A stretch of DNA of 63,804 nucleotides, the filler included, from a bacterium (GTDB taxonomy: Bacteria; JBBIVP01), in NCBI GenBank assembly GCA_037439705.1. It is 4 parts of 4 records of this genome, joined end to end, with 100 filler letters (N's around TTAATTAATTAA, not from the genome) between each part and the next. Parts side by side here need not be neighbours in the genome. Positions count along the whole stretch, not along the records: positions 1 to 17,496 come from JBBIVP010000020.1; positions 17,597 to 34,973 come from JBBIVP010000021.1; 2 more parts are not named here. The stretch is one strand, 5' to 3'. Made by a program: the position numbers and the translations under genes. Of this stretch, positions 10,034 through 19,635 are shown one piece after another. A model generated the notes under the pieces. The model made no database searches and was not told where the DNA came from. It saw only the letters and a list, made by a program, of their open reading frames with translations. Within the stretch, counting starts at the first letter, position 1. Every line of letters begins with the position of its first letter.

Positions 10034-11218
10034 CTACCTGCAGAGATTTCTTCTAATAGAGCAAGAATCTATGCTCTTTTGAGTCCCGTCTGGAAGAATA
10101 AGGGTGGCTTCACAGGAACAGGAATCCTTGAAAACTATTTTTATCTCCTTCTCTCCATTTGAGATAGTGATAGTCCCTCCGCGAGGATTTCTTTGACATT
10201 CCACATCAAGAACCACATCATCTATGCTCACATAGAATGTCCCTCTTGGTCCTGTAATTGTCTCTTCGCCATCAATCACCACTTCTTTAAGAACATCTCC
10301 ATCGTTTGTCTCCCTAACAACTGTGATTTTCCCTTCCCTTGTCCTTTCAATTCCGTCTGTAATTATTGAATCCGATATGTTTATTGTTTTTACATCCCCA
10401 TCTATGGATATTTCCTTGCTCATCTGAATTTCCAGTGATGTTTCTTTCTCTTCAGGTGAGATGTAGTTTATGGTGCCAGAATTCGTTATCTTTATGGATT
10501 TTCCATAAATTACCTCAACTGTCCTCGTTCCGCTCACATCACCTTTTTCTCCGAGGTGGTCTTCAACCTGAAGGTTTTGTGTTGATAGAACAACTTTGTG
10601 CCCATCAATCTTCTTTGTCAAATCTACTGAAATGGAACCATTATACAGAATATATGCTCCCGCGTTTTCTAAAGAAATTTTTAGATTAACAGCAGTTACA
10701 GTATCAGCAAATTCGTTAATTTCTTTCATTTCTACGCTCTGTGTGAGCATCCCTGTAAAATTGAGAACATCTGTTATTCCGCCCGGCAAAGAAATCTCAA
10801 AAGAACAATTCATTGAAAATGTCCTCGTGCATACATCACCGGTCTTAAAAACAGGACAGGTTCCCTCATACTCAACCTGCGCACAGGATGGGGAGTTAAT
10901 GGTGAGATATGTTCCTAAATGAATTGGAGCCTCTATAACCTTAAGAAGAGGAACTCTACAACCTTTCAGAACTTTGTTTGGATTGAGTTTGCGAAGAAGT
11001 CCTTTATCATCAAAAGAAGCAGACATTGGTGAAAGAGGTGGCGCAGAATTTGGAAGTTCAAAAGATTCCTCAAGAAGGTCTTCAGGAGAGAGGTCTTCAA
11101 TTGCCATTTCTCCTGATTCAAAAGCAATGTCTTCATCTATAACCCCTCCTTTTTCTTTTCCACCACATCCCATCGCCAAAAACCCTGCGAAACAAATTGC
11201 TACAAATACCTTTTTCAT
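10034..11218 (-). CDS. Hypothetical lipoprotein, beta-rich with Cys residues
   Basis: Lipobox FLAMGC, AAGGAGGT RBS, Thr/Gly-rich strands. Confidence 0.75.
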   Translation of the reverse strand: MKKVFVAICFAGFLAMGCGGKEKGGVIDEDIAFESGEMAIEDLSPEDLLEESFELPNSAPPLSPMSASFDDKGLLRKLNPNKVLKGCRVPLLKVIEAPIHLGTYLTINSPSCAQVEYEGTCPVFKTGDVCTRTFSMNCSFEISLPGGITDVLNFTGMLTQSVEMKEINEFADTVTAVNLKISLENAGAYILYNGSISVDLTKKIDGHKVVLSTQNLQVEDHLGEKGDVSGTRTVEVIYGKSIKITNSGTINYISPEEKETSLEIQMSKEISIDGDVKTINISDSIITDGIERTREGKITVVRETNDGDVLKEVVIDGEETITGPRGTFYVSIDDVVLDVECQRNPRGGTITISNGEKEIKIVFKDSCSCEATLILPDGTQKSIDSCSIRRNLCR

Positions 11219-11242
11219 ATCAGCACCTCCTTACTTTGTTTT

Positions 11243-11256
11243 TGAGAGCGCTCTCA
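11243..11256. promoter_or_regulatory. Perfect palindrome resembling a LacI/GalR (cre-like) operator
   Basis: TGAGAGCGCTCTCA located between a -10-like TGTTATTAT and the RBS of the lipoprotein gene. Confidence 0.6.
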
Positions 11257-11289
11257 TAAAATAATAACATCCTGATACCACCAAAAATT

Positions 11290-12591
11290 TCACCACCTTC
11301 CTTCACGCCTTTTAAATTTTTTCAGAATTTCCTTCCTTTTTTCAGGCGGAAGATTGTTGAACTTTTTATAGTTCTCAATTATCTTTCTCTTCTTTTCTGG
11401 TGGAAGATTTTTCCACCTTTCGTATCCCTCAATTATCCTCCTCCTTTCTGGTTCGGGCAATTTCCTGAACCTCTTATAGTTTTTTATGATTTCTCTCCTT
11501 TTTTCAGGAGGCATATTCCTTAACCTCTTCCAGTTTTCAATGATTAAAGCCCTCTTTTCAGGAGGAATTTCCTTCCACCTTCTGTAATTCTTCCTGATCC
11601 TCTCCTTCACTTCATCTGGTAAAGAGTTCCAGATTTTCTTTGCAATTGATAACTTTACAATTCCCCTTGCTTTTCTCAGAACTTCAATTTTATCCTCTCT
11701 AATCCTTCTAAATTTTTCCCGTGCCTCCTCAAGAACTTTAAAAGGAATTTCTTCTGGGACTTTTATTCCCCTATTTGAAAGCCTTTCCCTTATTCTTGAT
11801 GAGGTGTTAAAATTTATATTCATAATGGCAAAATTTCTTCTCACCCTTCTTCTCTCCATTTCAATTAAAAATGATATTTTCTCAAGGTCTCCACCCTCTT
11901 TTGAAATTTTTTCGAAATCATCTATGTATCTTTTCAGGTTTTCAAGACCTTCGTTCAGTTTTTCTTTTATAGTTTCTCTTTTGTTCTGGAGTTTTCTTAA
12001 AAATTCCATAAGTTTCTTATCTGAAATCCTCCTCTTTTTAAGGTATTCCATCCATTCCTCTTCTGAATGGAATGGCTTTCTCCTTGAAATTCCTCCCTCT
12101 TCAGAAATCTCCACGGATTCACCTTCCTTTACCGAATAGGAAGTCCCTTCATCACTTTCTATCTCAATCTCTCCCTCATCAACCTCAAAAACTCCACCTC
12201 CATCTTCAGAAGCGGTAGCAGAGAAGGCAGTACCTCTCACCCCTGCGACAGCAGTCATTGTATGAACCTCATACTTCTCAACTCCACCAAGAATTTTTGA
12301 TGCCCTGTTTATTATCCTTCCGAGAAACAAAAAAATTGATGGTCTCTCTTCGGTTTCTTCAAGGGTTATGCAGGTTGATTGTTTTATCTCAAGTTCACTA
12401 CCATCAAAAAGCAGGAGAAAGGCATAAGAATTTTCTCCTGTGCAAACCATTTCATTCGTTTCAACCTGTGCTCCCTCAGAAAGCATCTCCCTCTTTCCAT
12501 CCTTCACCCTGAATACCTCTCCTTTCACCTTTAGAACCTCAGAGGAACCTGCAAGGGACGAAAGGAATAAAACAAAAATTGCTATCTTCAT
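11290..12591 (-). CDS. Secreted FecR-domain protein fused to DUF3106-like repeats
   Basis: Signal peptide; FecR motifs (TGENSYA, TMTAVAGVRGTAF, VDEGEI); six C-terminal 18-aa repeats. Confidence 0.8.
   Translation of the reverse strand: MKIAIFVLFLSSLAGSSEVLKVKGEVFRVKDGKREMLSEGAQVETNEMVCTGENSYAFLLLFDGSELEIKQSTCITLEETEERPSIFLFLGRIINRASKILGGVEKYEVHTMTAVAGVRGTAFSATASEDGGGVFEVDEGEIEIESDEGTSYSVKEGESVEISEEGGISRRKPFHSEEEWMEYLKKRRISDKKLMEFLRKLQNKRETIKEKLNEGLENLKRYIDDFEKISKEGGDLEKISFLIEMERRRVRRNFAIMNINFNTSSRIRERLSNRGIKVPEEIPFKVLEEAREKFRRIREDKIEVLRKARGIVKLSIAKKIWNSLPDEVKERIRKNYRRWKEIPPEKRALIIENWKRLRNMPPEKRREIIKNYKRFRKLPEPERRRIIEGYERWKNLPPEKKRKIIENYKKFNNLPPEKRKEILKKFKRREGRW
11308..11631 (-). repeat. Six tandem 54-nt (18-aa) coding repeats, W/FxxLPPEKRxxIxxNYxR
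   Basis: WNSLPDEVKERIRKNYRR / WKEIPPEKRALIIENWKR / LRNMPPEKRREIIKNYKR / FRKLPEPERRRIIEGYER / WKNLPPEKKRKIIENYKK / FNNLPPEKRKEILKKFKR. Confidence 0.85.
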
Positions 12592-12803
12592 TCTGAAACC
12601 TCCTGAAAGTATAAAATTTCAAAATTCTCTAAAAACTCCATTTCCTCAAGGAGGTCAAGATTTTCCAACAAATCAAGGTAATTTAAAATTTCAAGAAGTT
12701 CTTCATCGCTGATTTGTATTTCCTCTTTCTTTTTATCCTCCGCATGGGCAGGAAGTAATGAGGAAATAAATAACAGAATTGCAAAAATTTTATCCGCCTT
12801 CAT
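12588..12803 (-). CDS. Small secreted acidic protein
   Basis: MKADKIFAILLFISSLLPAHA signal peptide, then acidic helix LDLLENLDLLEEMEFLENFEIL; overlaps both neighbours. Confidence 0.65.
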   Translation of the reverse strand: MKADKIFAILLFISSLLPAHAEDKKKEEIQISDEELLEILNYLDLLENLDLLEEMEFLENFEILYFQEVSE

Positions 12804-13224
12804 TCTCCTGACCCCAGTCCTCAAGAACATGAAGGTTTTCAAAAACCTCAAGGTTTTCGTAAAACTCAATGTCCTGAGAGATAGTTATTTCGTCCTCAAA
12901 AGAGAGTTCTTCAGAATCTTTTTTAAGGAAAAGGAACATAAACAATGCTGCAACAGCAACAAAACCGCCCGCAACCTTCCATATCCTTCTAATTTTTTTT
13001 CTTCTGGATTCTTCCAGTTTTGCTCTGAGAAGAATGGATTCGGGATTCAGAGAGGTTTCTCTTACCGAAAATGCCTTTAAGAAAATTCTCTTTAATTCCA
13101 TCCATTCCATCCATTCCCTTCTGCATTCCTCACAACTTTCAAGATGAACTCTTATTTCTTCTGGAATAGGTTCTGAGAGAAACTTAAGAATTGATTCTCT
13201 TATTTTCTCACATTCCTTTTTCAT
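12790..13224 (-). CDS. Zinc-binding anti-sigma factor (zf-HC2/ZAS) with one TM helix
   Basis: C...HLESCEEC motif, TM helix, acidic periplasmic tail; directly downstream of ECF sigma. Confidence 0.85.
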   Translation of the reverse strand: MKKECEKIRESILKFLSEPIPEEIRVHLESCEECRREWMEWMELKRIFLKAFSVRETSLNPESILLRAKLEESRRKKIRRIWKVAGGFVAVAALFMFLFLKKDSEELSFEDEITISQDIEFYENLEVFENLHVLEDWGQENEGG

Positions 13225-13765
13225 TTTTTAACCTCTTCATCAATTTTTCCTTTGCCCTGAATACAAGGAGTTTTGCCGAATTATAAGAGCATCCGAGAAC
13301 ATAGGCAATCTCCTCATAGGACATACCCTCAAGGAGTGCAAGCTTGATGGCGGTTCTCTGTTTTTCTGGAAGGCTTTCAATTTCGCTCTTTAAGGTTTCT
13401 ATCCTTTCCCTGTCTTCATCCTCTGATTCCACAGAATAAGATGGCTCAACCACTTCAATATCCTCTATGGAAAGATGGGACATATCCTTATACCTTCTGC
13501 TTTTTAGAAAATTTATGCAGGTATTTCGGGCGATTCTGTAAAGATACGCCCTGAATGAAGAGAACGGTTTATACCTTTTTCTTGAAAGGAAAAGTTTTAT
13601 GAATACATCCTGAACTATGTCCTCTACAATTGAATAGTTGCCAACCATTCCGAAAACGAACTTCATAAGTTTCCCCCTGTATCTTTCAAAAAGGATTCTA
13701 AAGGCATCTTCCTCTCCATCTTTCACCTTCATCATCAATTCCTGTTCCTCCTTTATATTAAACAA
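13208..13765 (-). CDS. ECF RNA polymerase sigma factor
   Basis: EDIVQDVFIKL, FRAYLYRIARN, LPEKQR...GMSYEEIA; GAGGGAG RBS before TTG 13765. Confidence 0.92.
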   Translation of the reverse strand: MFNIKEEQELMMKVKDGEEDAFRILFERYRGKLMKFVFGMVGNYSIVEDIVQDVFIKLFLSRKRYKPFSSFRAYLYRIARNTCINFLKSRRYKDMSHLSIEDIEVVEPSYSVESEDEDRERIETLKSEIESLPEKQRTAIKLALLEGMSYEEIAYVLGCSYNSAKLLVFRAKEKLMKRLKNEKGM

Positions 13766-13784
13766 CTTTACTCCCTCTTTTGTG

Positions 13785-15203
13785 TCATATTGAAAGTTCA
13801 ATACCTCCCTGAATCCTGAAAATGACGCCTTCTTTTGGGAAGAAATCACCCGTAAAGAACAGGTCTCCCTCAGCCATAAGGGTAATGAACCTCCAGAGTT
13901 CTTTTTTCATGATTATATCTGTTTCATACCCATAAATCCTTCCAACCTCTATCTCTCCGAATTTTTTGGGGGAAACAGGAGAAAAGAGAAAGGCTTGAAG
14001 GAGCTCCACTTCCAGAAGATACCTGATTTTCGCTCCGAGAACAATGGATATGTTTCCATAAGAAAATAAGCCTGATGGAGATAGCGAACCTGTTGAAAAA
14101 TGAGCATTTATACCTCCTGAATAAAAAATGGATGTTTCTGTGATATATGGATAAAGCCCCAGAAAGCTCTCATATTCATCGCTAAAGTCAAAAGGACTTT
14201 CATTACCGCTCATGAATAAAAACGAAACAAATGGTTCAAATCTTCTGAATTCCTTATAAAAAACCTTCAAAAAACCTGCATAACCCAAAAAATCAAGATG
14301 GGCTGTTCTTTTCTCACCTGTAAATATATCAACATAATCTACATCAGAATCCCCGAATTCCAGTGAGAATCCCCCTTTTATCAAAAAATTCCAAATGTAT
14401 TTTTTACCGTTCAAATTTAACCAGTACAGATTTCCAGAGGAATCCTTAAATGGCTCCTCAAGTATCCTTTCATAAATCTGTTCCATTCTCCATCTTTTTA
14501 GTGGATCTGCCTCCCTTTTCATTCTGTATTCAAGAATCGGAAGAAGAACCTGCTGGATGGCATTGTTCATCATTGTTCCAAAGTAATTGCTCCTATCGTT
14601 GAAAAAAAGAAATGACATAGATGATCCCTCAGCTAAATTGAGGAGGTAATCAACATTCAAAAATACAATCGGGTCAAAAGAATCAGTTCCGAGAAGTTCT
14701 TCGTACTTCTCAGCCTTGTAAACTCCTCCTGAAAAAACAATTGGTATATCCTTCCCTTCATAAAGGTCAATTCCAAAACTAAATCCTAAAAGGTAATTCT
14801 CTAAGACTATGCCCTCAAAGATGCTCAATTTTCTTTTCCCGGCGTAAAAAAATAGGTATTTAACGGGTTTTATTGCTAAATAGAGCTCATTCATAAAATA
14901 GGCTTTTTTCACCCTGACATCCCAAAAATAATCTTCCAGGGTTGATTCTGAGATCTCCCTTGTATCCATCTGAAAAACAAAATCAAAAAAAGAGGAAGAA
15001 TACGAAAAATCGCCTATGAATATACCCTTAAGGATATATCCATCCTCCATAAATGTTTTTAAAAAAGGAACATCACCTATGCTCTGATATCCTCCCCTTC
15101 CTCCAATTAGAACCCCATACTTAACCCAGCCTGAAGAAAATGAGGGATAGAGCAGAAAGATTAAAAGTGCTATTCTTTTGCTCATCTTTTTAAAGATAAA
15201 CAT
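13785..15203 (-). CDS. Probable outer-membrane beta-barrel (alginate-export-like, tentative)
   Basis: Signal peptide, aromatic-rich strands, YGYETDI and IQGGIELSI C-terminal pattern; start may be 15185. Confidence 0.55.
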   Translation of the reverse strand: MFIFKKMSKRIALLIFLLYPSFSSGWVKYGVLIGGRGGYQSIGDVPFLKTFMEDGYILKGIFIGDFSYSSSFFDFVFQMDTREISESTLEDYFWDVRVKKAYFMNELYLAIKPVKYLFFYAGKRKLSIFEGIVLENYLLGFSFGIDLYEGKDIPIVFSGGVYKAEKYEELLGTDSFDPIVFLNVDYLLNLAEGSSMSFLFFNDRSNYFGTMMNNAIQQVLLPILEYRMKREADPLKRWRMEQIYERILEEPFKDSSGNLYWLNLNGKKYIWNFLIKGGFSLEFGDSDVDYVDIFTGEKRTAHLDFLGYAGFLKVFYKEFRRFEPFVSFLFMSGNESPFDFSDEYESFLGLYPYITETSIFYSGGINAHFSTGSLSPSGLFSYGNISIVLGAKIRYLLEVELLQAFLFSPVSPKKFGEIEVGRIYGYETDIIMKKELWRFITLMAEGDLFFTGDFFPKEGVIFRIQGGIELSI

Positions 15204-15222
15204 CTTAAAGGCAATTTTTGTT

Positions 15223-16176
15223 TCATTCCTTATCCGCTAATCTCCAAATTCCCATATAGAGGCTTATAATTCCTCCTGTAATTATAACAGGAAGTATATT
15301 TACGATATGATAAACTAAAGTAAAGGATAGGGCAATTTCCTTTGAATAACCCATCAACATCAAACTGTATGTCCCACCCGCCTCCATTGTTCCTATGTTA
15401 CCGGGTGTCTGAACTGCCAGAATGGAGAGATTTACTGCAACAAGAAACCATATTCCAGTCCACCATTTTTTGATTTCTCCAAGGTTAAAAACAAGAAGAT
15501 AAACAATAGAAATCTGAAGGAGCCATGAGAGAATGGTTATGAGAACAGCAAAAAGTGCCCTTTTTTTCTCAAAAATCGTATTCATTCCCTCTCCAAATTT
15601 TTTTAAAATTCCCTCTTTTTTATTCCTTAAAATTATTGCAGTAGAAAGCACAAGTATAAATAGCAGAAAAACGATGAACAGACTCTTAATGATATGTGTT
15701 GATGGAAAAACAGAATATATAAGGGGAAATGTACAGAGGAAAAAAACAATTCCGTCTGTAAATTTATCAACTACAAGGGCACCGAAAAAGTTAGCCTTTG
15801 AGAAATTTTTCATCCTTGAAAGAAGCACGCCACCCAATATATCTCCACCTCTCATTGGGAAAATTATGTTGTAGAAATACGAGAAGAAAAGGACGAAAAC
15901 GATGTCTTTATATCTTATACCTCTGTCAATTTTCCTTAATAGAACCGTAAGCCTTAAAGCCTTTGCGCAGATGACAAGAATGTTCAGAAAAAGAGAAAGA
16001 ACAAAATAAAGGGGCATAAAATTTTTCAAGGCTCTACCCGTTTCTTTTAAGTCGGTTCCTTTTAAGGATATATATAAAGTGAGTCCTGTAACCGCTAAAA
16101 CACCAATTCTTAAAATCCAGCTTTTATATCTCTTCAAGAGTCCCAAATTCAAATCCCCTCTTCCTGTATTCATCAA
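15223..16176 (-). CDS. Lysylphosphatidylglycerol synthase TM-like / UPF0104 flippase-like protein
   Basis: Multi-TM; NIIFPMRGGD and TPGNIGTMEA motifs. Confidence 0.8.
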   Translation of the reverse strand: MMNTGRGDLNLGLLKRYKSWILRIGVLAVTGLTLYISLKGTDLKETGRALKNFMPLYFVLSLFLNILVICAKALRLTVLLRKIDRGIRYKDIVFVLFFSYFYNIIFPMRGGDILGGVLLSRMKNFSKANFFGALVVDKFTDGIVFFLCTFPLIYSVFPSTHIIKSLFIVFLLFILVLSTAIILRNKKEGILKKFGEGMNTIFEKKRALFAVLITILSWLLQISIVYLLVFNLGEIKKWWTGIWFLVAVNLSILAVQTPGNIGTMEAGGTYSLMLMGYSKEIALSFTLVYHIVNILPVIITGGIISLYMGIWRLADKE

Positions 16177-16885
16177 TTATTGCTGGAAGTGCGGAAAAAA
16201 CCTGTGGAGCAGATTTCTCGTTTCCATCGTGAAGAAGAAGTATCTCTCCATCCTTTACCTTTTTGAAAACCCTCTTTATTATCTCCTCCTCTCCTGGAGC
16301 ATCTGTATCCCATACGCCCTTCGTCCATGTAACAATTCTTAATCCCTTTTTTCTTATTATAAAAGGAAGAAAAAAACTTCTAAATCCGTGAGGGGTTCTC
16401 AAAAGAAATGGCTTTTTACTGGTTATTCTGAAAATCTCGTCTTCGCCCCTTTCAATTTCATCCAGAACCTTTTTGTATGAAAGAAATGGAAGTTTACTAT
16501 GGGTATATGTATGATTTCCAATCATATGTCCTTCTTCCGCAATTCTTTTTACTACCTCCGGATGTCTTTTTACCTTCTTACCCACTAAGAAAAAGGTTGC
16601 TTTAACTTCTTTTTCCTTTAACAGCTCGAGAATTTTTGGCGTCCACTCTCCTGATGGACCATCATCAAATGTTAAATAAATCTTTCCTTTCTTTCCAGTT
16701 TTTATCTCTCCCGGCATCCTGACCTGTGGAAGGAAAAGATACAAAAGAGCAAAAACGAAAATAGCATATAGAATTAAAACTGGCACGAAAACCCAATGAA
16801 ACAGAGAAAAGTAAAAGAAAGTGAGAAGGATTAAGACAGAAATAGTAAATATAAAAACTGCCCTTATCCTAACCCTTAACGGCAA
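16124..16885 (-). CDS. Membrane-anchored polysaccharide deacetylase (NodB/CE4)
   Basis: LTFDDGP, GNHTYTH, RTPHG, LLLHD. Confidence 0.92.
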   Translation of the reverse strand: MPLRVRIRAVFIFTISVLILLTFFYFSLFHWVFVPVLILYAIFVFALLYLFLPQVRMPGEIKTGKKGKIYLTFDDGPSGEWTPKILELLKEKEVKATFFLVGKKVKRHPEVVKRIAEEGHMIGNHTYTHSKLPFLSYKKVLDEIERGEDEIFRITSKKPFLLRTPHGFRSFFLPFIIRKKGLRIVTWTKGVWDTDAPGEEEIIKRVFKKVKDGEILLLHDGNEKSAPQVFSALPAIIDEYRKRGFEFGTLEEI

Positions 16886-17496
16886 CTTTCTTCCTTGAAA
16901 GGATTTTTTCGTAATAGTTTAGAATTTTCTTTGTTATTTTCTCCCAGGAGTATTCCTCTGCTTTTTTTAGACATTTTTCGGACATCTCTTTTCTTAAGGA
17001 GTCGTCCTTCAAAATTTTTACTAATGCAGATTTTATCTCGTTCACATCAGGCTTTATCAAAAGAGCTTCCCCTCCATCTGAAAGGATCTGCCTGAATCCA
17101 ATTATGTCCGATAGAACCATTGGGGTTCCGCATACCATCGCTTCAAGAAGTGTAATTCCAAAGGATGCCTTATCAACAGGATAACAGACCACATCCGCTA
17201 AGTTGTAATAATATGGTCTCTCGTCCTTCATTCCGCCAAGAAAGACCACATCCCTTTTTATCTCCTTAGGAACAAGTCCCTCATAATAGGATTCTCCATA
17301 TCCATATCCGATTATGTAAAGTTTTGCTGATGGAACTTCTTTTTTTACAAATCTAAAAGCAGAGATGAGGAGGTGAAGGTTGTTCCTCGGGTCAAACCTT
17401 CCAATGAAAAGAATCACCTTTCCCTCTTTTTTTACCTCCATTTTCCTGAAAAACTCTGTATTTACACCATTTGGAATTATCTCATATTCAGGTATG
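16869..17496 (-). CDS. Family 4 glycosyltransferase, C-terminal part (5' end lost at contig edge)
   Basis: IIPNGVN, LFIGR, SFGITLLEAM, YSWEKI; frame open to the gap. Confidence 0.85.
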
Positions 17497-17596
17497 NNNN
17501 NNNNNNNNNNNNNNNNNNNNNNNNNNNNNNNNNNNNNNNNTTAATTAATTAANNNNNNNNNNNNNNNNNNNNNNNNNNNNNNNNNNNNNNNNNNNN
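17497..17596. other. Artificial contig linker
   Basis: N44-TTAATTAATTAA-N44, stop codons in all six frames. Confidence 0.97.
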
Positions 17597-18143
17597 AATC
17601 TTTTTTTATCAGTCTCAAAATGCCATGCGAACCTTCGCTGTATTTTTCAAACTGGTCGGTATGAATTTTGTAGTCCTTCATATAATTTTCATCCGAATGA
17701 CATCTTGCACATACTTTAGGAACATTAAGGGGATAGACCATTGACTCAGGGTCATCCTTCTTCCTTATTTCATGGACACCGTGACAATCTGTACATCCAG
17801 CCACCTTTTCGTCGTTCTTTTGAAAAAGCAGAATCCCGTGTTCACTGACCAGATAAATCTTGAACTCATCAACAAATTCACCGTAAATCAGCATCTTTTT
17901 TGGGTCTGAATGACAATTCGCACATAGCCTTACTATCTCCTTTTTGCTTTTAAACTTCCGAAAACCATATTTTAAACTCATCGCCTCCGTTGTGAGAACC
18001 GATGGATTACCTCCATGACATTCCATGCATTCAAATAAAGAATAGTGAACACTTTTAGAATACTTATATGCCTCCCCGCCATGACAGACTCTGCAGGAAT
18101 TAACAGGAGAGGCAAATAATAATATGAGTATCATTTCTATCAT
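17597..18143 (-). CDS. Multiheme cytochrome c, N-terminal part (at least 5 hemes)
   Basis: CRVCH, CMECH, CANCH, CTDCH, CARCH; runs into the gap. Confidence 0.88.
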
Positions 18144-19150
18144 TTAACCACTCCTATTATAGCAAGGACAATATATCCGAAAATAAAGATGATGCCCATA
18201 GTTCTGACTATTATATAGAATTTCCTTTTTTCTTCTGGAATGAAAGGCAAAACTATGTAAACAAGACCTGAAAGAATAAGAAAAATTGAAAATAGCAATA
18301 TTCTGGGAAAAATCCACAGGTTTGGAGGAAAAAAAGTATACACCTTATAGAATGGATAGATATACCATGGAATCCAGGTAACTAAAGGAGGATGAGCTAA
18401 ATCCAGCTCTCGAGGAACTTCTCTGGGCATAAATACTGCCAAAGTCATAAGAATAGAGAATATAAGAAACATAATCGTAAAAGAATCATAGAGGAAAACC
18501 TTCAATTTCGTTCCTTTTTCCGAAATTTCTCCCTTCAGCTTCACAACAGCATATATGTGGTAGGACATTAACATAAAAAAGAAAATAAGGAAAAATATTG
18601 TGTGAAACACATAAAATCTCACAAGCGTCGGAGAAGCCACACTCTGCCCTCCTCTTATAAAAAGTTTCAGGTAATCACCAATTACAGGAAACCTGTCAAT
18701 CTCTTCTGTAAGGCTGTTTACACTCCAGAAAACTTCTTGCCCCCAGGTCAAAAATTCTCCTGTCCACTGCCACATCCATATAAATCCAAAACCAATAAGC
18801 CCCGAAATCCATATATTCCTGAACGAATTCTTAAACTTTTTTCTTAAAAACTTAAGAACAAATTGAACGATGATAAACATAATGAACAATTGACCTCCCC
18901 AGTAGTGAATGCTTCTTACAAGCCAGCCGAAAGGAACTTCATTCATCATAAACTTTATAGTATATAAAGCACCATCAGGAGAAGGCTGATAGTAGAGTGA
19001 CATCCCGAGACCTGTGATAAATTGGATAATAAATATTACAAGGAGAGCAATTCCTGTATAATTGTCATAGCTTAATCCAACCCTCCTATCAAGTAATGAT
19101 TTTAACCTCTCACCTGTTTTTTTCAATAAATCTGGGAAATACTCAATCAT
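18140..19150 (-). CDS. Divergent cytochrome b/b6 of a Rieske/cyt b complex
   Basis: QFITG..MSLYYQPS, GWLVRSIHYWG, TLVRFYVFH...H, IPWY in place of PEWY. Confidence 0.88.
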   Translation of the reverse strand: MIEYFPDLLKKTGERLKSLLDRRVGLSYDNYTGIALLVIFIIQFITGLGMSLYYQPSPDGALYTIKFMMNEVPFGWLVRSIHYWGGQLFIMFIIVQFVLKFLRKKFKNSFRNIWISGLIGFGFIWMWQWTGEFLTWGQEVFWSVNSLTEEIDRFPVIGDYLKLFIRGGQSVASPTLVRFYVFHTIFFLIFFFMLMSYHIYAVVKLKGEISEKGTKLKVFLYDSFTIMFLIFSILMTLAVFMPREVPRELDLAHPPLVTWIPWYIYPFYKVYTFFPPNLWIFPRILLFSIFLILSGLVYIVLPFIPEEKRKFYIIVRTMGIIFIFGYIVLAIIGVVK

Positions 19151-19574
19151 GTATCAAAAAAATTTTCCCATCAGATATTTCCAGATCATAAGTTTTTAAA
19201 GGTTTAGGTGGGGGTCCCATTATCACATTCCCATCTACATCAAAAGCAGCGAGGTGACAGGGACACCTTATTTGACCCGCTCTGCTATCCCATGTTAAAA
19301 AACATCCCATGTGTGTACATATTGATGAAACTGCTGAAATCCTTCCCCCGTAGTTTATGAGCATAACTGGATTACCATTAAAAAATACGATTTTTGATTC
19401 CCCCTCTGATATCTCTTTCACATTAGCTACAGGCATCTTTCTTCTTCTTTTCTCAATAACTTCTTTTGGAGGAAAAAGAAATCTAAAAAGGGGAACACTT
19501 ATAATTAATGCACTGATTCCCCCGAAAATACCCAAGAGCCAGTTCAAAAACCTTCTTCTTTCTTTATTGACCAT
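19143..19574 (-). CDS. Rieske 2Fe-2S subunit
   Basis: RRRFL Tat-like anchor, CTHMGC, CPCH, GPPPKPL. Confidence 0.93.
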   Translation of the reverse strand: MVNKERRRFLNWLLGIFGGISALIISVPLFRFLFPPKEVIEKRRRKMPVANVKEISEGESKIVFFNGNPVMLINYGGRISAVSSICTHMGCFLTWDSRAGQIRCPCHLAAFDVDGNVIMGPPPKPLKTYDLEISDGKIFLIHD

Positions 19575-19635
19575 CTACTTCTCAATAGTAAACTTTTTGT
19601 TCATGTCATCCATGTTTTTTCACTTCATAAAATCT

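Noticed and set aside
17541-17552. Recurrent TTAATTAATTAA palindrome as a biological repeat
   Set aside because: Always centred in N-runs; it is an assembly linker
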